This document shows positions 36,600-47,383 of a stretch of DNA of 64,000 nucleotides, one piece after another; position 1 is the first letter of the stretch, and every line of letters starts with the position of its first letter. Source of the DNA: Bacteroidaceae bacterium (GTDB lineage: Bacteria > Bacillota_I > Bacilli_A > RF39 > UBA660). The stretch covers positions 76,844 through 140,843 of the forward strand of contig CAVEJT010000001.1 of NCBI GenBank assembly GCA_963616135.1, written 5' to 3'. The position numbers and the translations under genes are program-made. The notes beneath the pieces are model-generated. The model was given only the letters and a program-made list of their open reading frames with translations, searched no databases and had not been told where the DNA came from.

Positions 36600-37928
36600 A
36601 TGGATGGTAATGCTAAACACGATTTAGAGCATACTGCTGAAAAATCAGTATCAATGTCTGCAAAGATTAGTAAAATTTCTACCATTTTATTTGGTAGATT
36701 TTTAATAAAAGCAAATCGTTATTATCAAAAACACTTTTCTTCATCTATGAGGGCTTTAAGAAAAGATGGGGCTACAAAAGAATTATGTGTATCTCCACCA
36801 TTAACAAGGGCAGAAGTTAAACAGATTATAACTTCATGTCATGAGAATAATATTCTTATGGGAATTAAAAAAATGCATCCAGATGGAGAATTAAGTAATA
36901 ATAAATCTTTATATCAACAAGAAAAACTTGCTCATAATGAAATTAAGTATAAGAAATGGGATGAAAGACGTAAGGCAACATCAAAGATAAAAATTTTAAA
37001 TAAAATTTGTAAACATCAAGCAGATAAATATAAAAATATTTCAGCATATAATTTGAAATTATCTAATAGATGGTTGTCCTTTCAAGAGAAGACACGTAAA
37101 ATAAAACCCTTAAATAAATATTGTAAGATGAAAGCAGATAATTATAAAAATATTGCTATTCAAGAAAAAACAAAAGATGAAGAGGAACAATATGTTATTA
37201 TTTTTAATAAAAGTAAATTATCATTTTTTAATGAACAATTAGCTAAAATACCACCTAATAGATTAAAGCAAGAAACAAAAAGTGATTTAGATGGTATAAA
37301 TAATGAAGAAATAATTGATGATAGAAATATAGAACCTATGGTTTCAAGAGGTATGAATTTAAGTGTAAATGATCTTAATAAAATAGGTGAAGATTTTGGA
37401 TCATGTCCTGTTAGAGATTATAGTAAAAATTATTGTATTCAAAAAATAACTAAGGAAGAATATTGTGAAATTAGAGAACAGTTATTTGAACTACCAAGTC
37501 ATGGTGCTTGTGTTCTTAATGAAAAAGAAATGATAATAGCTATTCGTTCTGAGGATTTAGATGAATATAGAGAATATGCTCCAGAAAGACCTATAAAGGA
37601 ATATGGTTCATCTGGTGGTAGAGCAATAGAAAGTGAATCTAATATTCATGATATTATGGAATTAGAAATAAATGATATTAAAAGATACAAAGAATTTAAA
37701 GAAACTTATTCATCTAAAGATTATGTGGCAGAAATTGCTCCGAATGGGAAAACTACTATATTATTAAAAGAAACGGATACAAAGAATCTTTTAGAAGAGA
37801 GTAAAAAAAAATCAAAAACAGAGGATTTAGTAAAAGAGGCAAATGAATTAGCAGAAAAGAGTAAGACTGATAAAGTTATTGAAAATGTTGCACTAGAGCA
37901 GAAAGAAGAACAAGAAATTGATCGTTAA
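36600..37928 (+). CDS. Hypothetical protein with internal KILNKICKHQADKYKNI / KPLNKYCKMKADNYKNI repeat
   Basis: ORF overlapping T4CP start; no catalytic motif recognised. Confidence 0.4.
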   Translation: MDGNAKHDLEHTAEKSVSMSAKISKISTILFGRFLIKANRYYQKHFSSSMRALRKDGATKELCVSPPLTRAEVKQIITSCHENNILMGIKKMHPDGELSNNKSLYQQEKLAHNEIKYKKWDERRKATSKIKILNKICKHQADKYKNISAYNLKLSNRWLSFQEKTRKIKPLNKYCKMKADNYKNIAIQEKTKDEEEQYVIIFNKSKLSFFNEQLAKIPPNRLKQETKSDLDGINNEEIIDDRNIEPMVSRGMNLSVNDLNKIGEDFGSCPVRDYSKNYCIQKITKEEYCEIREQLFELPSHGACVLNEKEMIIAIRSEDLDEYREYAPERPIKEYGSSGGRAIESESNIHDIMELEINDIKRYKEFKETYSSKDYVAEIAPNGKTTILLKETDTKNLLEESKKKSKTEDLVKEANELAEKSKTDKVIENVALEQKEEQEIDR

Positions 37929-39861
37929 ACGCAATAAGAAGAGTAGTATTATAATTGTCTTACTAATAATGTTAGTTGCCTCTTATTACACACTTAGAGT
38001 TTGTAGTCTTACAGAAATGGCTGGTAAGTTTGAATTTTCCCAGTTAACTGAAGCATTAGATAAACTTCATATTATTTCTACACCTGTTATTTTAAATATG
38101 AAGACTATTACTACTTCTTTGTTTGTTGGGATATTTACATGGGGAATTATTCAAACAGTTGCAAATCAAAATAAAAAGAATTTGCAAGAAAATACTTATG
38201 GTAGTGCAGAGTGGGAAGATCCAAAAGTAATAAAACCTTACTGTGAGAAAGAATTAGAAAAGAATCAAATATTTACTGCTACTGAAATGTTTGCTAAAAA
38301 TATGCGAATATCTAAAAGAAATAGACATTTAATTTTAATTGGTAGACCAGGAAGTGGTAAATCAAGATATTATTTTAAAGTTAATTTATTAAATGCAAAT
38401 GGAGAAACATTTGTTGTCACAGATCCGAAAGGCGAATTAGTCAGAGATTGTGGAATGTCTTTGATTAATCTCGGATATGATATTCGTGTTTTAAATCTAG
38501 TTGATAAATCAAAATCAGATCATTTTAATCCACTTATGTATATAAAAAAAATCAATAAAACTATTGATAATAGTAAGGAAACTCAAGAATGGATAGCTGA
38601 AGATGATGTAATGACATTAATTAATACTATAATGTTAAATACAAAATCAGAAACTATTGAATCCAATACTGGTGATCCATTCTGGGAGAAGGCAGAGATG
38701 GTTTTTCTTCAAGCAATTATTTATTATATAATTTTTAATTATGATGATAAAGAAAAGAATTTTAAAACTGTTTTAAAATTAATTAGACTTGCTGAACCTG
38801 ATAAAGAAGGAAATTCAACATTGAGTAGAATGTTTGATGTTTGGGCAGAAAAAGATCCAGAAAATATAGGTGTTAAGCAATGGAAACATTTTAAAGTATC
38901 TGCATCATCACCAAAAATGATGAGTACAATCATAATGACTGCATCTGCACGTTTAGCACCTTTCAATATATCTGAAATAGAGTCTATGACTGTTGACGAT
39001 ACAATGGAATTAAATAGAATTGGTGGTAAGGGTGATGAGGGTAAAATTGCTTATTTCATCATTAATAGTCCAAACGATTCTACTTTCAATTTTATGGCTA
39101 GTATTTTATATACACAAATATTTTCAATAATAGATGCCAATGCTAGTAAAAATAATGGCTCTCTTTCTACTCCTGTTCAAATATACTGTGATGAGTGGGC
39201 ACAACTAGGGGTAATCCCACGCTACTTAGAAAATTTGGCTTATGTTCGTGGATTAAATTGTGGAATTACGACGTGTCTGCAAAGTCTATCTCAGTTGAAG
39301 AAGGTTTATAAGGATAATTGGGAAACGGCTTTGGATTGTTCAGACTACGTATTGTTTTTAGGTTCAAGGTCTAAAGAAACTTTAGAATATATGAGTAGCA
39401 TGTTGGGTAAAAAAAGTTGGTATAAAAAGTCTTCTGGTCGTACATATTCAAAACAAGGTTCATCATCTTATAACTGGGATATAGTTGGACGTGAGTTAGC
39501 ATTTGTAGATGAACTTGCAAGAATGGAGAGTGGATATGGTATTTTATTGGTTGCTGGTATGCGACCTTTTTATTCTAAATTATATGATTTAACTAAGCAT
39601 CCTAGATATAATGAACTATTTGAAAGTTGGAATGAAAAGGAAACAATTCAGAATAAATATGATCATTCGATAGAAAGGGGAAAAGATAAAGAAACAAAAA
39701 GAAAACAGCAGATGTTTAGAGAACTAGGATTAGGGTTTGTAAAAGTAAAACCAGAATTTAAAGCAAGAGATTTAACTCAATATGAAGAACGCAAGTTTAA
39801 TGAAGATGCAATTTTGCTTTCTTCTAAGAGTTTAACGGATGAATTATTGGATAATTTATAA
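37918..39861 (+). CDS. Type IV coupling protein (VirD4/TraG/PcfC family)
   Basis: N-terminal TM helices; Walker A GRPGSGKS; VVTDPKGEL; DPFW; Walker B-like IYCDEWAQLG. Confidence 0.85.
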   Translation: MIVKRNKKSSIIIVLLIMLVASYYTLRVCSLTEMAGKFEFSQLTEALDKLHIISTPVILNMKTITTSLFVGIFTWGIIQTVANQNKKNLQENTYGSAEWEDPKVIKPYCEKELEKNQIFTATEMFAKNMRISKRNRHLILIGRPGSGKSRYYFKVNLLNANGETFVVTDPKGELVRDCGMSLINLGYDIRVLNLVDKSKSDHFNPLMYIKKINKTIDNSKETQEWIAEDDVMTLINTIMLNTKSETIESNTGDPFWEKAEMVFLQAIIYYIIFNYDDKEKNFKTVLKLIRLAEPDKEGNSTLSRMFDVWAEKDPENIGVKQWKHFKVSASSPKMMSTIIMTASARLAPFNISEIESMTVDDTMELNRIGGKGDEGKIAYFIINSPNDSTFNFMASILYTQIFSIIDANASKNNGSLSTPVQIYCDEWAQLGVIPRYLENLAYVRGLNCGITTCLQSLSQLKKVYKDNWETALDCSDYVLFLGSRSKETLEYMSSMLGKKSWYKKSSGRTYSKQGSSSYNWDIVGRELAFVDELARMESGYGILLVAGMRPFYSKLYDLTKHPRYNELFESWNEKETIQNKYDHSIERGKDKETKRKQQMFRELGLGFVKVKPEFKARDLTQYEERKFNEDAILLSSKSLTDELLDNL

Positions 39862-39909
39862 TTATCTTTTTTATGTTGTTTAAGTTGTTAAATTTTTTTT
39901 ATATTAAGT

Positions 39910-39925
39910 GTTTACTAGTGTAAAC
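39910..39925. promoter_or_regulatory. Operator copy 4 GTTTACTAGTGTAAAC immediately downstream of putative -10 (TTGTTT -35 at 39876, TTATAT/TATATT -10 ~39899)
   Basis: Identical 16-mer plus identical flanks (AAGTG...GA) to copy 1. Confidence 0.55.
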
Positions 39926-39952
39926 GAAAAATTAAAGAAAAGGAGAAAAATT

Positions 39953-40279
39953 ATGGAAAAAAAGAATTTGGCAGTTAGAATTAAGCAGTTAAGTAAAAAA
40001 GTAGTTAGTTTGTTTAATGTAGTTTTATGTGGTTTTATTTTAAGTATTAATAGTGTATATGCACAAGGAAGTAATACAAGTAGTATTGATGGATTTATTA
40101 CCTTTGTGTGTGATTGGTTGTTAAAGATTGGTGGTGTAGTTGCATTAATTGGTGCTGTTATGTTTGCTCTTGGATGGCAACGTGATGACGCTGAAGGTAA
40201 AAGTAGAGGATTGATGACTATGATGGCAGGTTTTATGGTTATAGCAATTAGTCAATCAAAAGGTTTATTCGGATTATAA
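39953..40279 (+). CDS. Small secreted/membrane T4SS component (pilin-like/TrbC-VirB2-like or PrgF-like); ORF track start 39908 is a GTG inside the operator
   Basis: Signal-peptide-like N-terminus ending VYAQG, two hydrophobic helices; first gene of T4SS operon; RBS AAAGGAG before ATG 39953. Confidence 0.45.
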   Translation: MEKKNLAVRIKQLSKKVVSLFNVVLCGFILSINSVYAQGSNTSSIDGFITFVCDWLLKIGGVVALIGAVMFALGWQRDDAEGKSRGLMTMMAGFMVIAISQSKGLFGL

Positions 40280-40295
40280 GAAGGAGGATTAATAG

Positions 40296-41114
40296 ATGGC
40301 TGGATTAATTGAAAAAATATTTCAAATATCCTTTAAAATCTTAGGTTTTAAAATTGACATTAGTGATTTTGTTGGAACAATCCGTAATTTATGTAATTGG
40401 AATTCAATTACAAAAACCACTATATGGTCATTAGCTTCTAGTATTCATTCTGTTATTGTACCAATCGGGTTAAGTTTATTAACCTTGTTCTTTTTATTAG
40501 ATGTGACTAAAAAAGTAATGGATTATGAAAGATTTAGTTGGGAACGGATGGTATTTACTTTCATCCGTTTTCTTATCTTTAAAATGTTAATTGAAAATTC
40601 ATTTGAATTACTTTCGTCTATAATGAGCATATCTAATAATATTCTTACTCAGGTCACAAGTTCATTAACTTCATCATCAGCAATACCTAATTTGGCTACA
40701 CAAATGGGGGATTTAGTTAGAAACGCTGGTAATATTGTTGAACGAGGTTTTATGGGAATTATTATCTTAATTCTTTATATACCTTTTATGGGTACATTAA
40801 TTGGTGTTTTAGTGCAAGTATTTTTGCGTATAGGTAAGTTGATACTAAGTTTTGCATTTTCTCCTATACCTATTGCAATCGGAACTTGGGAAGATGGTCA
40901 GAATGTTTGTAAAAGATTCATAATGTCTATTATTGCTTTAGGTTTTGAAGCATCAATGATTGTCGTAGCAACGGCAATATATTCATTGGCTTTATCCACA
41001 TTAACTGATGCTGGTTCGATTAGTTCAATGGTAGCAATAATGTTCTTGAATGGTTTCTTAATGGCAATGATTTCTATGACTAGTACAATGGCAGAAAGGT
41101 GGGTAGGTGCATAA
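40296..41114 (+). CDS. VirB6/TcpH/PrgH-like polytopic membrane protein
   Basis: Five to six TM helices, position between pilin-like gene and VirB3/VirB4 homologues. Confidence 0.5.
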   Translation: MAGLIEKIFQISFKILGFKIDISDFVGTIRNLCNWNSITKTTIWSLASSIHSVIVPIGLSLLTLFFLLDVTKKVMDYERFSWERMVFTFIRFLIFKMLIENSFELLSSIMSISNNILTQVTSSLTSSSAIPNLATQMGDLVRNAGNIVERGFMGIIILILYIPFMGTLIGVLVQVFLRIGKLILSFAFSPIPIAIGTWEDGQNVCKRFIMSIIALGFEASMIVVATAIYSLALSTLTDAGSISSMVAIMFLNGFLMAMISMTSTMAERWVGA

Positions 41115-41728
41115 TGGATAGGATAGAACCAAGAATACATGATGAAATAAAGGATTATAAAGAAAAATTTTATAATTTTACTTTAAGACAATGGTTATTT
41201 GGAATTCTTCTTATTATAACTATCGTACCGTTATATTTATTTTTAACACCTAAAATCGGTAGTAATCTTACAGGGTGGATAGTTATTATTGCTGCTATAC
41301 CAATAGGTTTTTTTGGATTTATTCCTATTCAAGGATTAAACGCAGAACGTATAATTTTTTACTGGAAACGTAATTATATCAATTTTGCTAAACCTATTTT
41401 ATATAAAACTGAAGCAGAATTATTAGAAGAAAAAACTAATAAAAAGAAGACTGGAAAACCTAAAAATAAAAAAGAAGTAAAGAGTAGTAAAAAACAAGAA
41501 AAATTAAAATTAAAAGAATTAAAAAAAGAACGTAATAAGCAAAGAGAATTGGCACGTGCTAAAAAGAAATTTGGAATAAATACATTAGAAAATACTACTA
41601 GCAACTTTTCGTTAAGTCAGCAAGAGGCACAAGTGCTATTAAAACTCGCTAAACAAGTTGTTGGAAAGGATAATAGTGTGATATATGAAACAGAAAAAGA
41701 AAACATTGAAAAAGAAACAAAAGAATAA
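41099..41728 (+). CDS. VirB3/PrgI-like small membrane protein with lysine-rich coiled-coil tail
   Basis: Two N-terminal TM helices immediately upstream of VirB4 gene. Confidence 0.45.
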   Translation: MGRCIMDRIEPRIHDEIKDYKEKFYNFTLRQWLFGILLIITIVPLYLFLTPKIGSNLTGWIVIIAAIPIGFFGFIPIQGLNAERIIFYWKRNYINFAKPILYKTEAELLEEKTNKKKTGKPKNKKEVKSSKKQEKLKLKELKKERNKQRELARAKKKFGINTLENTTSNFSLSQQEAQVLLKLAKQVVGKDNSVIYETEKENIEKETKE

Positions 41729-44099
41729 CGTATTACCAAATAAAGTATTCATTCCTAAAACTAATCAAGAAATTATTTCTTATATGTTTAAGGAAGTTGA
41801 TGAAAGAACAGGGATATTTAGAATAGATGAAGATACATATTCTATTTGTATTGAATATTCTGATGTATCATTTGCAAAAGCTAATGATGAAGAAGCAGAA
41901 AATATTTTCTTTAAGTGGTTAGAATATTTACATTCTTTTAGGGAAGATACACATATACAAGTTATTAATGCAGGTACTCCTATCAAAACGGAAAAATATA
42001 AAGAAAAGTTTATATTCGAAAAAGAGCATTTAAAAAGTGAAAAGCAAATTCAAATTGCTGATGAATTAAATACTCTAATAACTAATTCGCTTGGTACTAA
42101 TGAAGATACATTGCAAACAAAAAGATTTATAGTAATTTCTTTAAAAGCAAAAAACTTTATAGAAGCAAACGCATTATTTTTAAATATCTTTCTGAAAACT
42201 GAGCAGAAGTTTAAAGAATTAAAATCAAAGGTTAATTTAATTTCAGTTAAGGATAGATTAAAATTTATATATAATTTTTTTAATATATTATCAGTAGAAG
42301 ATAATAATATTGAGAATATAATTGAATATGCAAAAAATCAAAACTTAACTATATTTGATGTAATTGCTCCTAAAAAGGTTCTTATGCGTGAGTCTGATCT
42401 TATAGAAATAGATGATAAAAAATTTATCAGAGTTTTATATGTTTCTAAATTACCTAAGAGTCTAACTCCAAGATTTTATAATAGAATTACTACAATGGAT
42501 GATATTAATATAATAACAACATTAAATATTAATCCTACCAATTCTGCTAAGATGATTAAAGTAGTAGATAAAAGTCTGTCTGCTATGGAAACTGAAAGAT
42601 TAGAAAAAATTAAAAGGGCAGGAAAAAGTAATCTTGACTATGAGTATGTGAAAGATAAAAAACTAGAAACAAAAATATCTAATGCAGAACAATTACAATA
42701 TGATTTGCAAAAGAATAATCAAAAGATATTCCAAAATAATTTTTTAGTGTGTATAACTGCTAATAGTTTTGAAGAGTTAGAAGATCAAACAGTTAGAGTT
42801 CAAGAAATTGCTGCTGAAATGTTAGTTGAAATGAAGCCGTTGTTATGGCAACAATTAGAGGGAATACAGAATATTCTTCCTTTAGGTCATAATAGTCTTC
42901 AATTTCAAAGAACTTTAACTAGTGAAGCAACAGCAGTAAATGTACCATTTAATAGTAAAGATTTCAATCATGAGAAATCTTTATTTTATGGTGTTAATCT
43001 TGTTAGTAAAAATGCAATTTTCTGTGATAGGAAAAAATTAATCAATGGTAATGGATGTGTACTTGCTACTTCTGGTGCTGGAAAATCTTTTAATGTTAAA
43101 ACCATTATAGAGCAAATTTTAATTCGTTATCCAGAAGATGAGATATGTATTATAGAGCCACAAAATGAATATGGTGGATTATTAGATGTTTTTGATGGAC
43201 AAAAGATAATTATATCCACTAATTCTGATACACACATTAATCCGTTTGATTTGTCTTTAAATTATGGATGTAGTGATAGTGGAAAGAGCGAACCAGTAAA
43301 AAGCAAAGTTGAATATATTATTGCTTTTTTAGAAAGTATAGTGGGAGCAAATGCTTTATCTGGTGGTCAAAAAACTATTATTGATCGTTGTACTAAGATT
43401 ATTTTTGAGGATTATGAGAAAAGTAATTTTACTGATGATAGTTTATTACCAACATTACCATCTTTTTATGATATGCTTTTGAAACAACCTGAAGAAGAAG
43501 CAAAAGATTTAGCATTAATCATTGAAAGATATGTAAAAGGTTCTATGGATTTATTCTCTAAGAGAACCAATATAGATATTCAAAATAGATTAGTATCGTT
43601 TGATATTAGTCAGTTGTCTGCATCATTACAAACTACTGGATATCTTGTAGTATTGGATCACATTCAGAATAGATTGGCAAAGAATAAAGAGTTGGGAAAA
43701 TATACGTGGATTTTTATAGATGAATTTCACATCTTACTTGCTAATCCTTATTCTGCACAATATGTAGCCAATTTTTATAAAACAGGAAGAAAGTTAAATG
43801 CTTTGAATACAGTAATCTCACAACAAATTTCTCATTTACTGCGATCGGAATCTGGAAAAGATATTTTGTCTAATTCTGAGTTTGCTCTAATATTAAAACA
43901 AAAACCTTTAGATTTACCATCTATTTGTAATATTTTTAATATTAGTGATGAAGAATCAATGTATGTTCAAGGTGATGCTCCTACTGGACAAGGTTTAGTA
44001 GTATTTGGTTCTGATGTTATTCCTTTTACTAATAAAGTACCAAAAGATTATTTAATCTATCAAGTTAATAATACAGATAGTCAAGTACAGGCAAGATAA
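41685..44099 (+). CDS. VirB4-family conjugation ATPase (TcpF/PrgJ/TraE-like)
   Basis: Walker A ATSGAGKSF, Walker B WIFIDEFH, size ~800 aa, T4SS context. Confidence 0.85.
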   Translation: MKQKKKTLKKKQKNNVLPNKVFIPKTNQEIISYMFKEVDERTGIFRIDEDTYSICIEYSDVSFAKANDEEAENIFFKWLEYLHSFREDTHIQVINAGTPIKTEKYKEKFIFEKEHLKSEKQIQIADELNTLITNSLGTNEDTLQTKRFIVISLKAKNFIEANALFLNIFLKTEQKFKELKSKVNLISVKDRLKFIYNFFNILSVEDNNIENIIEYAKNQNLTIFDVIAPKKVLMRESDLIEIDDKKFIRVLYVSKLPKSLTPRFYNRITTMDDINIITTLNINPTNSAKMIKVVDKSLSAMETERLEKIKRAGKSNLDYEYVKDKKLETKISNAEQLQYDLQKNNQKIFQNNFLVCITANSFEELEDQTVRVQEIAAEMLVEMKPLLWQQLEGIQNILPLGHNSLQFQRTLTSEATAVNVPFNSKDFNHEKSLFYGVNLVSKNAIFCDRKKLINGNGCVLATSGAGKSFNVKTIIEQILIRYPEDEICIIEPQNEYGGLLDVFDGQKIIISTNSDTHINPFDLSLNYGCSDSGKSEPVKSKVEYIIAFLESIVGANALSGGQKTIIDRCTKIIFEDYEKSNFTDDSLLPTLPSFYDMLLKQPEEEAKDLALIIERYVKGSMDLFSKRTNIDIQNRLVSFDISQLSASLQTTGYLVVLDHIQNRLAKNKELGKYTWIFIDEFHILLANPYSAQYVANFYKTGRKLNALNTVISQQISHLLRSESGKDILSNSEFALILKQKPLDLPSICNIFNISDEESMYVQGDAPTGQGLVVFGSDVIPFTNKVPKDYLIYQVNNTDSQVQAR

Positions 44100-44101
44100 T
44101 T

Positions 44102-45919
44102 ATGAAAGATAATACTGAAAGAGATGTTAAGAGGTCAATTGATAGATTATCAACATTATCATCAGAAGCATCAAGTCATACATTTAAATCAGTAGATAAA
44201 ATAGCAAAAAAAGCATCTGATTTGATTGAAAACAGATCCATAGAACAAAATCTAGCAGAAAAAGAGAAGGAAGTAGAATCAAGATTAAAAACATCAGAAT
44301 ATGTCCAAGAAAATAATAATGAAACGGATTTATCAACAGAAGGCAATAATGATTCTACAAGTAAGTTGAAAACAAATGTTAATAACGACACATCATCAAC
44401 AACTAACTTTCAGGAAGAAAAAGATGTAGAAGCAAAAGATTCTGATAAGGATATTCCTAAGAAAAGTAAATTAAAAACAGTTGTAGAAAAAACTAATAAA
44501 AAAATATTCAAATTTAATGATAATCAAGGAAAGGTATCAAAGGTAGCAACCACAGTTAGTAAAGGTGGCGAAAAATTATCTAAAGCAGGTAGAAGTATTG
44601 TTAAAACATCAAGAGAACTAAATAAGGCAATGAGTGAAAATGGTAGTGGTGTAGATTATATAAATGAAAAAATAACTCGTAAAATTAAAACTAAGGCATC
44701 TAATAAAATTAAAAAGAAAACAAAAAAAGTCGCAAGTAAAATAGGAAAAAAGTTTAATCAAACTATTGGTAAAAAATTATTTCAAGTTGCAAAAACTATT
44801 GTTATGAAATTAATAAAGATGCTTATATCATTATTAGCTGCATTGGCAGAATTTATTATTCCATTGGCACTTATTCTTATAATAATAATTTCAGTATGTT
44901 CTATATTTGGTTCTACTATGTCTGAAAGTTCTCTCAGTTCATATCAACAATATATGAATTCCATTCAAGAGGAGTATGACAAAAAAGTTGATGAATTCTT
45001 AGAAGAAAATCCAGATGGAGAAGTTTTTGCTGTTGGTGGCAGTTATGGTAGAATTGATTGGAGAATTCCATTATCCATAATGCAAGGTACAGGAGCAGAA
45101 TTAGAATTCGATCAAACTGAAAAAGATTTAATACAAAAATTTAAATCTGAAGGTTTATTGGAAAAACATGAGATATTGGAACAGGTTGTATATGATACAG
45201 ATGAGGCAGGTAATACAACAGAAACTACAAAAAAAGTATTAGTAATTACCAATAGCATGTATGAAGATTATATGGATTGGTGTCGTGATAATTATAGTAA
45301 TATTGCTAACTTTAATAAAGCAAAAAAAGTATCTAATGGAACAGAAACTTATTTTACTAAAGATCAATTAGATATGATAAGTTTATTGTATAATTCAGAT
45401 TTTTTTGCAGATGCTTTAGGTAGTAGTTTTAAAACACGAACTCCTACTTATGGAAAAACAAATATACCATTGAATCTTAATACCGAACATTTTAATGAAA
45501 AAAATGCTTTAACAAATGCTGGTTTTAAGGGACAATGTACTTGGTTTAGTTATGGTCGTGCATTACAAGTATCTGGAAAAAAGATGCCAACAGGAAACGC
45601 ACAAACTTGGATTACTTCTGCAATATCAATGGGATATGAAACTGGTACTCAACCTTCATATAATTCTGTTGTAGTATTGTCTTCCAAGAGATTTGGACAT
45701 GTTGCTTTTGTAGAAGCTTATGATGGAAAAACAATAACTATATCTGAAGGAAATGTTGGTAATGCTTGTAGAAGTGATGATTCATGTAGTCAAGTAGAAT
45801 ATGCTAATAAACATGCAAATGAGTTAGTAAGAACAAAAACTTATAGTTCGTTTGATGAGTATAGAAGAATAAATAAAAATAATGGATACACCATTATAGG
45901 ATTTATATATTTAGATTAA
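44102..45919 (+). CDS. T4SS-associated peptidoglycan hydrolase with C-terminal CHAP domain (PrgK/TcpG-like)
   Basis: TM segment mid-protein; C-terminal GQCTWFSYGR ... GHVAFVEAYDG CHAP Cys/His motifs. Confidence 0.8.
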   Translation: MKDNTERDVKRSIDRLSTLSSEASSHTFKSVDKIAKKASDLIENRSIEQNLAEKEKEVESRLKTSEYVQENNNETDLSTEGNNDSTSKLKTNVNNDTSSTTNFQEEKDVEAKDSDKDIPKKSKLKTVVEKTNKKIFKFNDNQGKVSKVATTVSKGGEKLSKAGRSIVKTSRELNKAMSENGSGVDYINEKITRKIKTKASNKIKKKTKKVASKIGKKFNQTIGKKLFQVAKTIVMKLIKMLISLLAALAEFIIPLALILIIIISVCSIFGSTMSESSLSSYQQYMNSIQEEYDKKVDEFLEENPDGEVFAVGGSYGRIDWRIPLSIMQGTGAELEFDQTEKDLIQKFKSEGLLEKHEILEQVVYDTDEAGNTTETTKKVLVITNSMYEDYMDWCRDNYSNIANFNKAKKVSNGTETYFTKDQLDMISLLYNSDFFADALGSSFKTRTPTYGKTNIPLNLNTEHFNEKNALTNAGFKGQCTWFSYGRALQVSGKKMPTGNAQTWITSAISMGYETGTQPSYNSVVVLSSKRFGHVAFVEAYDGKTITISEGNVGNACRSDDSCSQVEYANKHANELVRTKTYSSFDEYRRINKNNGYTIIGFIYLD

Positions 45920-45930
45920 AAGGAGAAAAA

Positions 45931-46347
45931 ATGAAAAAGAAAAAATTATGGATACTACTTATTGTAGTATTATTTGTTTGTAGTCTTACATCAGTATTGT
46001 TTAATTATAAAAATATAAAAAGGAATATAGAAATTGCTAAAGAAGAACAAGTTGAAAAAGAAAGAAAAGAAGAAATGCTAAAACAGGATTTAATTAGTCC
46101 TGTTTTAATTTTAAAGCAAGATAAATTAATAATGTATCAAGGTGATGAATTAAATTATAAATCATTTATAAAAGAAGCAACTGATAATTTAGAAGGAGAT
46201 TTAACTGATAGAGTTAAATATACAAAAATAGATACTTCTAAAACAGGAGAATTTTATGTTGATTATGAAGTAAGTGATTCAGCATCAAATGTTATTAAGG
46301 CAAGATTATTAGTAATTATTCGTGAAAAGCCAAATTTTAAGGATTAA
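45931..46347 (+). CDS. Membrane-anchored Ig-like (DUF5011-like) domain protein, T4SS-associated
   Basis: N-terminal TM; domain similar to repeats in 2615..3619 and 46373..47116 proteins. Confidence 0.4.
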   Translation: MKKKKLWILLIVVLFVCSLTSVLFNYKNIKRNIEIAKEEQVEKERKEEMLKQDLISPVLILKQDKLIMYQGDELNYKSFIKEATDNLEGDLTDRVKYTKIDTSKTGEFYVDYEVSDSASNVIKARLLVIIREKPNFKD

Positions 46348-46372
46348 TTTAATATAAGTGAGGTGATGAAAT

Positions 46373-47116
46373 ATGACTGATGAACAGTTATTAACAATGT
46401 TTCGTAAGTATAAGAAAAAGAGAAATATAATTATAATTTCAATATTGGTAATTATTATTAGCTCTATATTTATATTTTTATCTATCAGTAATACTTCATC
46501 TAAAAATGATGCAAAAAGCAAAGAAATTACTAATGTATCAAAAGAAAAAGATGAAATAGCTCCAGTTATAAAACTTAATACTAATTATATAGAAATTATT
46601 GAAGGAGGTGATGTGGATTATTTAAAATATATTGAAAGTGTTATAGATGATAAGGATGGAGATCTTTTAGAAAGTATTACTTATAATGAAATAGATACAA
46701 CAAAAATTGGTGAACAGAAAATAATATATACTGTTTCAGATTCTTCTGGTAATACATCACAAGAAGTTGTTGTAGTTAATGTACTAAAAAAAGAAGAACC
46801 AATAGAAGAAACAAAAGAAAATACTTCATCAAATTCTAGTAGTGTTGAGTCTTCAAAAAAAGAAGAACAACAGCCATCAAATAGTGTGTCAAATAATACA
46901 ACTACAAAACCTGAGCCACCATCTAATAATCAAGTAGAAGATACACCTTCTACAAAAAAAATAATAAAATATTTTTTGTTTAAAGATGGATATACTATGC
47001 AAAATGTTTCAGAAGCATGTGCAACTGAATTGAAAAAGACAAACAGAACAGGTATTTGTAGTCCAATTCAAGATGAAAATGGCATCTATTTGGGTATGAA
47101 ATTAGAAACAAATTAA
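46373..47116 (+). CDS. Membrane-anchored Ig-like domain protein (possible VirB8/PrgL-like role)
   Basis: N-terminal TM, Ig-like domain, Ser/Asn-rich linker, C-terminal Cys-containing domain. Confidence 0.4.
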   Translation: MTDEQLLTMFRKYKKKRNIIIISILVIIISSIFIFLSISNTSSKNDAKSKEITNVSKEKDEIAPVIKLNTNYIEIIEGGDVDYLKYIESVIDDKDGDLLESITYNEIDTTKIGEQKIIYTVSDSSGNTSQEVVVVNVLKKEEPIEETKENTSSNSSSVESSKKEEQQPSNSVSNNTTTKPEPPSNNQVEDTPSTKKIIKYFLFKDGYTMQNVSEACATELKKTNRTGICSPIQDENGIYLGMKLETN

Positions 47117-47138
47117 TTTAGAAAAGGGAGATGTATAA

Positions 47139-47366
47139 ATGAATAAAGAATATATAAAAGAATTATTTGAAGAAGAAAAAGAAGTCTTTATCCATCATGG
47201 ATTAGATATAGAAACTCCAGAAGATTTGGAGGATTTTATGGAATCAATTATAATTTCAAATATGCAATTTGAGTTTGATATATCTCCAAATGCAGATAAA
47301 TTATTTAATAGGGATAAAGAAAATACTAAAGAATTATCAAATGAAGATCATGATATAGAAAAATGA
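47139..47366 (+). CDS. Small highly acidic protein (75 aa)
   Basis: Net charge strongly negative (E/D-rich); candidate DNA mimic. Confidence 0.4.
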   Translation: MNKEYIKELFEEEKEVFIHHGLDIETPEDLEDFMESIIISNMQFEFDISPNADKLFNRDKENTKELSNEDHDIEK

Positions 47367-47383
47367 TTTTTTTTACATTGAGT